64,000 bases of DNA from Lingula anatina. Lineage: Eukaryota; Animalia; Brachiopoda. A program made the position numbers and the translations under genes. The notes beneath the pieces are model-generated. The model ran no database searches. It was not told the origin of the DNA and saw nothing but the letters and a program-made list of their open reading frames with translations. Shown one piece after another: positions 26,586 to 40,013 of this stretch (within the stretch, counting starts at the first letter, position 1; the number at the start of each line of letters is the position of its first letter). The stretch lies in assembly GCA_051362555.1 (NCBI GenBank), contig CM120645.1, positions 21,452,001 through 21,516,000 on the forward strand. Direction: 5' to 3'.

Positions 26586-26975
26586 GTGAATGGTATAAAT
26601 CGACACTCAAATTTTCCAAATCATCACAATTCCAAGATTCCTCTTAGTGATTACGTGCGTTTGCGTATCATCGCCCTCCGAGAACAAGGGGTGCGAATTA
26701 AAAACATGACCGCAAAAATGGAAAATGAAGGCCATAAAGAGTCGCGACAAGCCATTTACTATGCGTTAAAGAAATACGACGAAGGGCTTGGTATTGCAGA
26801 TAAGCCACGAAGTGGACGTCCCTCAAAGGTTGACCTGCGCCACATGGACGTTATAGACGAGGAGATGACCATATTAACGCAGAAAAGTGTATTATACAGT
26901 AATAAATATATTAATCACCTAAATAAGGTGATTCCAGCGGTACTTGAGAGAGAAGGTCGTGCATCAGGCTACTAA
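26586..26975 (+). pseudogene. Tc1-like transposase: N-terminal HTH fused to the extreme C-terminus (DDE core deleted)
   Basis: LSDYVRLRIIALREQG...SRQAIYYALKKY...KPRSGRPSK (paired-like HTH plus GRP motif) is followed directly by YINHLNKVIPAVLEREGRASGY*, a typical Tc1 C-terminus. Confidence 0.75.
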
Positions 26976-27488
26976 ACTAGCAACACATGTAATAAAGGTA
27001 ATGAGACATTGATATTTATTTGATGCATTAGCTATTTAAAATTTTCCATTTTAACTACGCTTTTGTTGATCGTGACTTATTATCATCAAATAAAATTGTT
27101 ATACGTGTTTTAAAACTAAGCCTGATTTGTTCTTCAGAGTTTTGTTCTAATATTTGACTTGCCTTTACTCGAGTCTTATGTTGCAGTTGATACATAACCC
27201 GGTATTGTTTGCGATAGCAATCTCTTTGCATCAGCTATAATAGAAACCTTAAGTGAGGCAATTAAGAAGGGGCAGACCGTGTTCGTTGAACCGATTAATT
27301 TGGGTGTCCGATAAGGATTGCTTGGGGATTCCCCTACCCTGTAATTATCATACGGCCTCTATTGTTCTACCATATGGGGCAGGGTTGGGAAACCATACGG
27401 CCATTTGGTAAGGGGACATTCCGGCGGCACTGTACACGCCAAATAGAAATAGAATGACGCTCACCGTCGTCTGTTCACAAACACATAC

Positions 27489-27529
<41 letters not shown>

Positions 27530-27807
27530 GATAGACAGAGTAAATTAGTATTAAAATCGTACTTGTGATTCGTTGACAGACTTCAGTCGACGAAATCGAT
27601 CTGGATTGCATATGCTTGATTACACATTAAATACGTGACTTTGAAGGTCAAGGGTTTTCCAAAGATGTTATAGCGAAGCAAGGGTAGTAGAAATGTAGGC
27701 CGAGAAAAATGCTAGTGAGTGTGTGCGTCATTTACACCCCGCCCCCTGCAGACTAGGCCTCTGTTCTCATACCCTGTGCATTCTTCTTCTTTGATAGAGA
27801 GAGACTG

Positions 27808-28090
27808 ACTTACGTTTAAACCGTGAGAACGAGTCACTGTCACTTCCTTTCGCTTTCGTAGTCTGGCTGGTTTGAGAAGCTTTCATCCATCCCACTGCGT
27901 CAGGTTTTTCCTGTCTCCCTCTGCAATACGTATACCTCTGTGTGTGACAGATATTATAGCGCGTTGAAATATATAGCACACGGAGCACTATAAAATGTAT
28001 TTCGCTGAAAGAAACGCCCTCCGTTGAAGTGATTCAAAGAACTGGGTCTCTTACGCTATATTAAATACCTGAAACCGAAAGCAACTGGGA
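27808..28090 (-). promoter_or_regulatory. Putative promoter / non-coding first exon of ZNFX1 copy B
   Basis: Donor GTAAGT at 27813-27808, GAAAGCGAAAGG (rc 27846-27857) and GAAACCGAAAGC (28071-28082). Paralogous to 8021-8320. Confidence 0.55.
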
Positions 28091-28902
28091 AAATAACATC
28101 TGTCGTGGCCAATACTTAAAGTCTGGAGGGTTAAACTGAATTATTTGCATTACGTTAAATTTTTAATCACTTTTTCCACACTCACCCCGCTTTAATTTGC
28201 TATTTTAACTTCGCCCTTATTTGCTCTTGAATTTAAGAGCCCTTTAACCGGTCTTTATTTTCTAATAACCCACAAAATCTGGATTGAGAGTAATATTTCA
28301 GATGTGACCAAAAACCGACGTCGTTGAAATGGTTATTTAACAAACGGGAAGGCCACTATTACTATTATAATTGTTGTTCTTATTTTTATTATTATCATTA
28401 TTATTATTATTATTTTTTTTTTTTGGGGGGGGGGGGTGCCTACCGGTACCACCTAAAACCTCTGTAAATGTTTATTTGAAAAGTTCCGAGAGAAAACAAA
28501 ACCAAATATATATAGTAGGCCTACACACTGCACATTCCGGTGAAGTCCTAGATAAACAAATTGATCTATTCCTTCATTTTGATATATATATATACACTAA
28601 TAGCGCGGTCAATCGACCTATTATATTATCCAGGTTACACCATGCGTCATACACATTACTAGAAATGCGATAATATTGTTTGTTTAAGGTAAAGTTAGTC
28701 TGAAACGGAGCTTACTCAATTTGTACCAGGGTCAAAGATTGAATTCTAACTCAGTCAGTGCACTGTTCTCTGCTGTCAACCGAGATAAGAATTCATGTAT
28801 GGAATTTACCTCATCCCTCAGGTGACTTCTACTAAACGATATACAATTTACAAGTAGGCCTACATGTACTTAAATTTGGTACGCTGTTTCGGCACCCTTC
28901 CC

Positions 28903-29200
28903 ATTGCCAACTATATAGATCTTCAAATCTTCCATTCGTTGAATTTCAAAAATTACGTATGCGTATCCAGGACCCTAAAGGAGGGGGAGGGGCCGATATT
29001 CTTAAGAACCACTATGAATCAGAATTATCAGATAAACCCTAGCTGGATCGACCCAAGCCTGCAGTTAATGTAATTAGGTTAATTGCCAACTATATAGATC
29101 TTCAAATCTTCCATTCGTTGAATTTCTAAAATTACGTATGCGTATCCAGGACCCTAAAGGAGGGGGAGGGGCCGATAATATTAAGAACCACTATGAATCT
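28903..29200. repeat. Local ~180-bp tandem duplication
   Basis: ttgccaactatatagatcttcaaatc...aagaaccactatgaatc occurs at ~28904 and ~29083. Confidence 0.8.
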
Positions 29201-31125
29201 GATAACGTAATCAGGTTAATTGTCTGACACGCCTCCTTTACGCAGCACGTCATCAACACCCCAACACTCGAGTGTGACAAAGAAGACTGTAATAACTCGA
29301 GCTTTTCAATTGGGGGAGGGGGGGGGATGCATGCTACTCTATAGCTTTATTCTATGCAGTACAAGCACCACAAAATTTATGCTATTTTTATAGAAATAAA
29401 CTTTTGTGTTTGGAAAAATATGGACCTGAAAGTTTGACTGATTACCGTACATGTACCGTAGACTCTTGGAACGATAAGTACAGTACATGTAAGTCCAGAA
29501 ATTTGAAGCAGACGCAGGGCCTAATTTTTGAGTTTGGTTTTTTGCTGACCGAGTGATAGAATTGGTATATGTGAGGCATGTCATTCTAAGAAACCGATAG
29601 TAAAGATCTGTATGCGTTACGGGGAATCTTTACGAAGAACACCCCTTTTTGCTGGGAAAAGGTCCCCTCTGGGTAAAATTTAATCCAGATACATGAAGGT
29701 TTCATGATAAAAGGTCCACTTTTTCAGAAAAAGGACCCCCCACCCTTTTGAAATTGCTGGTTACGGGACTGGTAGGCGTCAATTTGACAAGCCCTATTGG
29801 CTGGAAGGCTCACAACATCGACAGGAAAAAAGTTTCAGTCTAATTCTTCAAATCATGGGATTTTGGCAAGGAATGTGGAGTTAAGGGACCAAAAAGTAAT
29901 TGCTTTTGGGTATTTAGAGTCCATAACACTCCCAATATTTTACACTCGCAAAAAATGAATAGCATGTCCATTTAAAGACCTATACCGATATTTTTGGCCA
30001 GATCTTATAAACTAATTATTCTTTTTTCTCTTTCTATACAGTAAAAAGCTTTAAACATTGAACAGACACCAGAGTAACATCATCCAGCCAATGTTCAATT
30101 TATTTCGTAGAGATTATACATGTATATAATAATTCATTAATTAAGTGTTACAAACTATGGGTATAGGCCTGTTTACTATGTGATTGTCGTAAAAAAATTC
30201 TGTAAACTTACAGAAAGAAATATTTGATCATCATTACTAATTTCCATAATATAATATAATATAATATAATATAATACTCTGCTTCAAGTGAAACGGACAT
30301 TTAATGGTAGTGATGACATTTCACTCCTGTTTGTTACTTTGGACGTGCTGTATAAATGAATGTGGTTAAATAATTAGCTAATTTTGAGAATGTGCAATCT
30401 CCCTTTCTCTACTATTTTCTCAATTTCATTTTTTTTTTTTGCACAAATGAAATAGATCAAGTTTTTCTAAAATAATCATCTATCCATGAATCTAATCCCC
30501 TTACTTGTTATTTTTGGCGTGCTTTGTACAATTAATTGATCACTACAACCAACTGCACCTATGAAAACACAAGCAGAAAAACTGGTAATGTTTTGCCTTA
30601 CGCAATCGTCTTCAAAGAAGGAAAGTTTGTTCAACTTGAGGCCTTTATGGCCCATCCATTCTCTTACAAAAAATGTGCACTCAGAACATTGAAAGAAAAA
30701 AGAATGCACAATAACCATAATAATAACTAAACATGAGTGAAACATGTTTCCTTAACTTCAATGCATGTCTCATACGACGTTCCCGATAATACAATTGTTT
30801 GCAATTAAGATTAACTAATTTAAAATTAGAAAGCCTATTAAAGTAATATGTAATAATAATTCATAATGACATATATGCATTTAAATATTAAACTGCGTAG
30901 AAGTGTGATCTAATAAACCCAAGATAGTGCTAGTGTATCGTTACTGAAAACGTGCTCCCAATATAAGTGGGACTCACTGTGTAAAACACCGCCTGGCACA
31001 TGTTTGAAACTTCTTCATAGCTATCCCTGTTTTTTCGTCTGGAAATTGCCTTATAAAGGTACTGTTTATCCTCAATTTTTGTCAAAAGTCCACTTTGATG
31101 TGCCAGTAGTAAAATGTACTCTTTC

Positions 31126-34100
31126 TTATCCTGTAATAAATCAAATTATTCCTTTAATAATTGCTTATTACTTAATTAATATTACAAGCTTGTCTTGTCT
31201 TTCAAAAAAGTTACTTTTAAAGAAGAGACGTACTTCAATGAACATTTGGAAATATAAAAATTTTTCACTTTCACTACAGTGTGTATCTGTCAGATATGGT
31301 ACAGTGAATTAGTTCCACAAATGATGAAAAAACTTGAAATATTAGGCAAACTAAAACCTTGCAAAAAATAATAATAAAGATTGATCGGTTGTGTTAAAGA
31401 TTGAGCACCGACGTACTTCGTCTTCCACGACCTTTACCCCGATGACCTAGACCTCCACGACCTCGTCCCCTACCACGTGCAAAATGGCTACCCCGACCAG
31501 CACCACGGCGGTAATCTGAGTTATATGTAGCACCTCTATCAGTCTGACCCTCTTGAGGACGATTTGGGTTATTTCTATCTCCTCCAAGGGCCCAGTCCTC
31601 TTGGTTGAACATTCTCATCACAAGACCTGGTATTGAGATAAAGAAACGTATAATTTATTTCTGTTATGACCCATGGTGCCATACTGATTGACTTACGTGG
31701 CGGTATGATTATTTTTTACAATGTAAGTATACAGATAGGTAGGTACACATGTGCTGCACTGTTTTGTGCATGTGTATATAGTGTAATAACAGGCAACAAG
31801 AATGGACTTTTTGTCAGACAAAGAGACCAAGATAATAGCCATGACGAGTTGAGCATTGCACGTTAAAGTGCAGTGTACCAATTGCTAGCATTACAGTCAG
31901 TGTAACTCAAGGGAAGTAGCATCAATTTGACTTCCCCTATTCGCTGGCATTGCGGTCAAATTATTGCATTGAGTAGCAATAGACTTAGAATTCAAATTGT
32001 GGCACAATGGTAAAGAATGAGCAGTAAACGGAAGCAAAACATTATCTTTAAATGAGTGCGAGTGCTTATTTCTAACCCTATCTTACTTCGTGTGTAAGGA
32101 AAATTAAAATGGTGAAGAATAATTGAACGGTAACGTAACAATTGAACAGTAACGTACTTCCTCCACCACGGCCTTGACCTCCAAAGCCTTGCCCTCCACG
32201 ACCTCTTCCTCCACCACGGCCTTGACCCCCACGGCCTTGCCCTCCATGACCTCTTCCTCCACCACGTGCAAAACCACCACCACGGAAACCGTCTAGAGCC
32301 TGCGGGCGGGGTTGGCCTGAAGAATATGTGGCGCCTGCATTAGTCCGACCCTCCTGGTGAAGACTAAGGTCCGTTTCTCCCCCAAGGGTGCAGGCCTCAC
32401 ATGCTGGGGCCTCTTTGCTGGACGTCCTCATCACGTGACCTGGTATTAAGATGAACAACTTATAATATATTTCTGTTATAAATGAAGTGTGAAGTAATTG
32501 CGTCAATGTGTGTGCAGATGTTTTAGACAAGATATGTGACACAAGAAAATAATCAGGGGATAGGCCTATTAAGGAACACAGTTTCTGAAATATTTGATAT
32601 ACATGTAGATTGTTACAAGATTCAATTATATGTATTTAAAAACAACTTAAAAAAAGGACATTTAAAAATTGTACATGAAATATGCCACAGCTTCTTTAGC
32701 ATACCTCTTCGGCAGTACCACCAATGCCGCCGTTCCGGCAAAGTAAAAGGCGCATGCAACAGTGCTTTCATTTGATGAGAGTGTTTGTCTCCTACCCCCT
32801 TCAATTTCTTGAAAATCAACACAAGTTCTGACCAGGGACAGTTGAGGGTCTTGAGACGTTGGGCCGTGCCAAGACCCACATTTTCCTCATCAATCTGTGT
32901 GCGTGAGGATAGGATCAATGTACGAAGGAAAAGATGCTGTAGAGTATTGACCACAATGAAAAGGTCGGCGTCACCTTTAGCACTTCGCAGTCTTTCTAAA
33001 ATACTGTTAAGATTTGCTTGGCTGGTAGAGTCATGGTAAAACCTTAACAAGTTTACCCTGAAACAGACGAGCAATGAGGTATTAGGAGTATTACTGTAAG
33101 AGCATCTTATGTAAAACTTCTCTAAACTGAAACAGTTGTGATTAGAATTAAATAAGCGATCGATATATTTAATGGCGAAGACAATTAATTGAAAGCACAC
33201 ATTTGTTATTTGTTTGCGTTAATCTGCGTTAATATAAACTAAGGTCTGAACATACTCTTTGATGGCGTCTGTTGCATCTAAAATGGTGCCCATTGTCAGC
33301 AACATCAGGGAGGTCTCTTTATCCATTTGTACTTTTTGACCCTCGATCTCAGAAGTGCTGTAAAAATCAAATATCTCAGCGCAGATTGGAGAGTCCAACG
33401 ATTTTATTCTTGTCATCAACTCTGTAAATTTAAGGACCTGCTGACAAAGAGAATATTCATATCTTAAAATTGCTGAAGCCTCGTCCTTGGCTTTAATGTA
33501 CGTCTTCAGTTCCCTTCCATATCGAGGGCATATTTGGATTATTTTCCTGCAGCTTGGTACAGGACACCGTTTTGGGGCTAGTGTCACTACATCTCCTTGG
33601 CGAGCCATGTGGGCATCCATCTTGGTCACCTCGATGACGTGGTTGCACGGTTGGACTCTGATAAAGCGGGACCTGGGTGGCAAACCGGCAAAGACTCTGC
33701 TTTTCCTGCTGCATATTCGACACAGCAATGGGCATGGTTCCCCACACATCCCAATACAAGGGTGGCCGCAGCATAGTTTTTCCGGGCAAGGCTCATCACA
33801 AATTAAGCGATCTGAACAGATTTCGGAGCAGAGGCTCTTACACTGGACATGGTAGCACTTCCAGTCGCATGGCAGAGGACAACGCTTGCAGAAGTCACTG
33901 CATTTCTTACTGCATTTTGTCAGGTGAGCGCAGGATCGTTCGCAACCTAAGAAGCAAGGTTTGCATACGTCACTGCACTTCTCCTTGCATGGATGTCCGC
34001 AAGGAAACACATATAAGCAAGGGCTTGAACACGGGATGTGGCGGGTACCTTGTCTGCAAGAACCACATGTTCCCTCACAGATGTGACCACAAGCACGTGT

Positions 34101-37100
34101 TTTTTTACAGACAGCAGGACAAGCTTCAACTAATTCCTTTTCCGCCATTCCACAACTTGCCTTGACCTGGTGGCCACAAGAGAGCATTCGTTCCACTTGC
34201 AACTGACATCCCTTCGACAAGACTTTTTCTAAAGTGGCACACTTAACCTCTACTTGATGGTTGCACTTTGGGAATGTCAGCATCATTTTTTGTCTGCATT
34301 GGTAATGTCCCACTTCTAGATGACAAGCCATTTTCCCCGTGTGTCCGCAGGGCAAAGATCTTTCTACAGAGACTGTGCATCGATGAGATAAGTCTGCGCT
34401 TTTTTCGTGGCATTTCATTTCAAGAGTGTGGTCACAAGGAAGCCTTACGGTAATTCGTAGTGGGCATTCTGTGTTTGTTACGTCCTGGTAGCATGGCGCT
34501 TCAAACTCATGCCCACATGGCAGACTTTTTTGCATCAATTCTGTACATTTGTATGTACATATATCTGTATGACAGGCAATATTTACCACGTGGTTACAGG
34601 GCAGCAGTCTCTCTACAATTTTGTGGCATGTTACGTCTTGGTAGCATGGTGCTGCAATCTCGTGCCCACATGGCAGACTTTTTTGCATCAATTCTGTACA
34701 TTTGTATGTACATATATCTGTATGACAGGCAATATTTACCACGTGGTTACAAGGCAGCTGTCTTTCTACAATTTTGTGGCATGTTGCAAAGGCTTCATCC
34801 TGGTGGCAAGGTAGGAAACGCTCGTGCCCACATGGCAAATATTTCAAAACTTGGTCTTTACAATGCATAGTACATGGTTCAGAGCACAAGTTTTTGCATT
34901 TATGCCCACAGTGAAGATATCGTTCGCATGGGAATCGGCAATCTATGTCAGCTGGATCTCTGAAACATTTGGTTTTAATTTTGTGGTCACATTTTGGCAA
35001 TCGAACAGTAACATCAAAACTGCATGGCAAACAAATCTGATAGCATTTTCTCTTGCAGGTTTTGTGTCCAAAGTCACAGCGTTTTTCACATGGCTTTTCA
35101 CATTTGTACAGCATGTGATCTGCATCATAAGGATGACAGCTACGTGCACATACGTGGCCGCACTCCAAGCGAAATTCACATGGCAATCCGCACCCACCAT
35201 CAGGCATGTGCTGGAAATCTTCTTTCTTTGATACTTGATATTTCGTTTTGGGGTGGTTTTGACAATACAAAGTCAGTTTAGTGCCCACCTGTTGCCGTTC
35301 TTTCAGCTTATTGACCAGTTTTTCCCAGAGGCTACTTCGCCGTGACATTAGCGTAACATTCCCAATACAATAGAAGCCCATTCTCGCCCTAGACAGAGCC
35401 ACACAAACACGGTTTGAAGTGCTAAGAAAACCAATGCGTTCTTGCTTGTTGCTGCGGACTAAGGAGAGAAGAATTATGTCATTTTCCTCTCCTTGAAAAT
35501 TGTCCACAGGTGTCACTCGAATCCCTTCAAATTTATTTGGGAAGTGGTTTTTCATTTCAAAAAGTTGGCCCGTGTATGCGGTCAGAATGGTGATCTGTGA
35601 TTTACTGTAACCTTGATTTATGAGATAGTGGCAGAGAGCAGCAAGGAAGGTCGCTTCATGTTTGTTGGAGTGACTTTTGGAATCATGGTCAGTTTCTTCT
35701 TCAAAATTGTGGTCAATAAAGAAAAGGTTTTCTTCGACTCCTCTCACATTCTCATACTGGAAAACAGACTCATGATCAAGAAGATGGTCATATATTTCAG
35801 GCACCAGAAGACGTGATATCTCAGGTCGCATGCGGTGCTGTATGGCCAGTCTGTCACAGTGCATACCGTTTCGCACCATTCTTTCAAAGAGGGATATGTC
35901 TAGGTTGAATTTCTTGGCCAGAACATAAAAAGCAGGGTTTGGTCGAAGCTGCTGGTGATCTCCTATGAGAATCAAGTGCTCACATTCTTCTTTGAGTGCC
36001 GTCACAATGTGGGACTCTAACACTTCTGCTGCTTCTTCTACAATAACAATCCGGGGACGCAGTCTTTTGAGGATGTGGTGATACCTTGCTGCCCCAGTTG
36101 TAGTCATGCCTAATATTAGCATGTTTTGAAGCAGCTGGAAATCTTCATCATCCTTCATTTCTTGCAGTTCAAGCCGAGTACGATTGTGTTCTCTGATGTG
36201 ATACCAAAGGCGCTGAAAACTGTCGTTATAAAATAAGCATTTCCAATAACGATACAAACGCCATCTTTCCACAGTGGAGAGAACCCAAAGGTTCTCTATG
36301 CTGTTTGCCTCATCTTCAGTCATGTAGTCATCAGAAGAGCTAGCCTGCTGAATATCACGTTCAAGTTTCTTCATGTTCTTTCGCATTTCTTTTTCCCCTT
36401 TTTTTGACATTTTTAAAGGTTTCCTAAATGTGTGTAACTCTGCATCCTTTGTTATCCCCTCATGTTTTACTACATGCTGAGCTTCATGTGGGGTCTTCAA
36501 AATATTCATGTCAGCAACCATATTTTGGGCATCATTTAATAATCCATCGGACTGGTTATATATCTTCTCATTTGATTCAAAATCATATTCTCCTTCTATG
36601 ATTTCACGTTGTTCAGTTAATAATTCAGCCTCTCCTTTTACAGCAATATAACCATTTGCCTTATCAAGTTGACTTTCACTGTCACTTCTTGTATCTACCT
36701 CTTCCCCCATTGTCTCTGGTGACCTAAATCTGGCAGCTGTTTCATCATCTGGACATTTCTCTTCACCCAACAATTTTACTTTTGAGTTGCTAGGCTCAGA
36801 AACGTCAGATCCCTCACTGTGGTCAATTTTTTTCTCTTCGGACCCTGCAAATGGTTTGTGCCTAACTGCCACATCATTGTGACTTTCTGGGTTTGTTTCA
36901 TCACCTGCTGTATCTTCATCAGATCCCTCATTTTGGTTGACTGTTTTCTCTTCAGACCCTGGTAAATGCGGGTGACCATCATCCACACCACTATCACTTG
37001 CCTGGGGGTTTGTTTCATCAATATCTGCTTTAACTTTGCTAGCAGACTGACTTTTATTCTTAAATTGGTACCTTTGTTCAATCTCTTGCTGTAAAATTTT

Positions 37101-39147
37101 CTTGAGGTCAACAGCATGAAGCCAATAATCAAATGGCCTTGAAACATCATCTGCAACATACAGCAGTGACTGCAGTTGCAATTCAGATATAAAGCTGTGT
37201 AAGTGTTCATATCCAATAACTTTAGAGGACTGAAAAATGTTTGTAAAATAATGGATTTCGTTTTCCAATAATGAAAGCTTCCCACGTAAACTGTCAATTT
37301 CCCTCTTTCTTTCCCAGTCAATTAAATGACTTTTTTTAAGATTATACAGAAGGCAGTTCTGAAGAACTGGATCCTCAGAACTGCATCTTCCTCCAATTCT
37401 TGCAACTTTGTCAGGTTGAAACTTTACAATGCCTTCTAAAAACTGGTCTAGGGCATGATTGGTATAACATACGAGCAGTATCGGTCTGTTAACATCTCTC
37501 TCTTTTGGGTCCCCCTCTTCCGGTTCAAACAAATTTAAAGGATTGTGTTGGGTGCCATTGCCATTGTCCTGTCTCTGTCCTGTTTGTACATGTTCAAATG
37601 CCCACATTCGTCTATTTGCCAGAAGAGCTCTCGCCACCTTTAAACCTATGTAAGTTTTTCCCGTTCCCGGTGGACCTTGAATGACAGAGAATTCCCTGGT
37701 TAGTGCACTCTTCAATGCTGCACTTTGTGATTCATCTAAGTTCAGCATCTCTGCATTTGGCCAAGTATCTTCTTTGAAAATGTCAACTGCTTCAAACTTT
37801 TCTCGTCCTACAACATCTGTGTCAATTAGACAGGTGAGGTCCAATGGCAGGCCCGAAGCTAAAATGTATTTCGGTGGTCTGGGCGCACTATCACAGCCAA
37901 TAATGTACTTTTGAAGGGGTAATTTTTCCTGGTTCAACTCCTGAAGACCCCTCAAGACATGACGGTATGCTTCAAAATAGGCAGAAGACTCAACCATCAC
38001 AAAAACCTCATGCATGCTTGTGGCAAGCACTGCAAGGCTCGCCTCATCACAGTGGAGGTCAATAATACCTTCCTGAAGCTTCTCTGGGTCTCTATCAGCA
38101 ACTGTTGCAAAAATTACAGTTTCAAACCTGTCCTTTGACAAACATACCATGGAGCCAAATATCAGTCGTTTACTATAATCCCACTTGACCCTGGAGAGCC
38201 TCGACACATCAAACTTGACCGGATAAGTGATTTGATTCTTAGCACAATTGGGCATTAGAAAGTGGACATTATGGTATACCCTAACATCTGACAGCCTGGC
38301 ATGTTCTTGGCCCTGATCCAAATTGACCAAGTACTCTTTGATGCCATTACGAAGTGGTGCTATGAAATCTTCCCGCAGCAGCCTAAACTGGACATCAAGA
38401 TAATGATCCACGGAACTGTACTTTCCTTTCACGATGTTGGCCCTCAGGAAAGGTTGTTCATTGGTGATAAGGTCTTCTCTACTTGGAAATATACTAAACT
38501 CACGAAAATCATTGGGAACAGTTGTGAGATCTTTAGGAGTGCTTATTGCATCTTGTGCTTGAAACCCAAGTCTTAGGTCATTTTCAACAGCATCTTTCAT
38601 CTGAGTGGCTTGCAGTAATGGTTCTTTAAGGCACTCAATATTATCACTGTCTGCCTTGCCATCTACTACCTTCTGTATTAGTGGTAAAAGAGAGCTAGCG
38701 TGTAGGTAACTGGATCGAGACAGATATGTCAGAAGTAACTGGACCAACTTGATTACGTTGCCAAGAAATTTGACATCGACAGCCTGGATGTTTTGAACAA
38801 AAGCCATCTTGATAATACAACTCTGAACCGGGCCGACTGATGAAAGCAATGGTGATTCATTGGTTATGTTAAGCACTTTAATCAGATGCATTCGCAAGTG
38901 ATCTGCCTGGCCTACATAAACCAACACAGACAAGAGAAGATGGAGAAGATCACCTTTCACCTTTTCAGACACAAGAAGCGCACAAAAATTGTTTTCAGGT
39001 GATGCTAAGTACAGAAGAGCATCACCCCGATTCCTTTGGAGCAATTCTTCCAACTTCTTGTAATCCATGTTCTGGACTTTGCCCTGTGCCCTTTTCGTCA
39101 TCATGGAACGAGCTTTTCGTTCATGTTTATCAGTAGGTTCGGCCAAC
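31126..39147 (-). CDS. ZNFX1: ZNFX1-like helicase, copy C (body of gene)
   Basis: Exons 39147-33256, 33057-32705, 32439-32158, 31626-31417 (extra RGG exon) and 31130-31126; GT-AG and phase-consistent. Same helicase motifs and NF-X1 fingers as copy B. Needs an upstream phase-2 exon for its start. Confidence 0.92.
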
Positions 39148-39472
39148 CTGAAAGAAAAGTAAGCCTACTTACATCTTTTGAGCCCAAATTCAATATCTGA
39201 ATCATATTGTTTTCCTCACTGATATACCTCAGCATGAAAAATCTGTCCAATTTACCTTCCCTAAGCTCTTTTTCTGGTAGTATTTTTTTCATATTCCCCC
39301 ACACCTTTTCCTCCCCACCTCTCTCTGTCTGACAGTATACTTTTTCTATTGTCTCCAATGCTCTTTCTCACACACCTAAACACATACACATGTAAAGCAA
39401 AACCTGTAATACTTAAAATAGAGACATGAACAAATGAGGGTTTACAGTACAAAAAGTTTTATTGACATTTAC

Positions 39473-39615
39473 CCTTCCTTTTTTGCACATGCTATCTATA
39501 TCATACATATATCTACCTTTCATCCAACTATGCCTTTGTTTGGTTTGCTTTTGTGGATCATGTAGTTGATTCTGCAACTTTTTTGCCCTTATTTTTTGCC
39601 ATCTTCGACATATAT
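39473..39615 (-). pseudogene. Inactivated copy of the ZNFX1 N-terminal exon
   Basis: Positionally equivalent to 20397-20525, but the acceptor AG is changed to TG and the ATG frame (39602) hits TGA after MAKNKGKKVAEST because of an indel. Confidence 0.7.
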
Positions 39616-40013
39616 CAAGTGTGTAATATAATGAACTTTGGTAACATGCTGACAACATATAAACTAGTATTAAGACAGGTTTTCATCATCTTGGAGCTAA
39701 AATTGGCCATGAGCTCAACAGGGTTTTGGTTAAATTTGATGCCATAACTTGCACGTTCACCAACACTTACTCTAGGTGACACGATCATTGAAAATTTTCA
39801 ACTTAGGCATATATTAGGGCTTCATCTCTATGGGATATCAAGTCCACATGCACAATAAAAATGCTTATATGTGGGAGAAAAAAAAAAAGGACTTACAGAA
39901 AAAAATCCAATCAGGCTGGCTTAAGCATATGAGGTGTACCTTACTCATTTGCTTAAGAAATGGGAACGATGATTATCAAAGTGGTGTAAACTTTCATAAC
40001 TTAAAGTACGTAT

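Larger units (their letters stand above)
25223..27432 (+). mobile_element. Tc1/mariner-type element (2.2 kb) with internally deleted transposase and cargo ORF
   Basis: TIR CAGTGCCGCCGGAAT(C/G)TCCCCTTAC at both ends, TA TSD and empty site ctgacTAcacgcc at 6182-6183. Confidence 0.88.

Noticed and set aside
31667-32048. Apparent insertion in a copy C intron
   Set aside because: No convincing TIR, TSD or coding signal, so it could not be classified.
14639-38576. Many plus-strand ORFs overlapping ZNFX1 exons
   Set aside because: Antisense shadows of the real minus-strand CDS.
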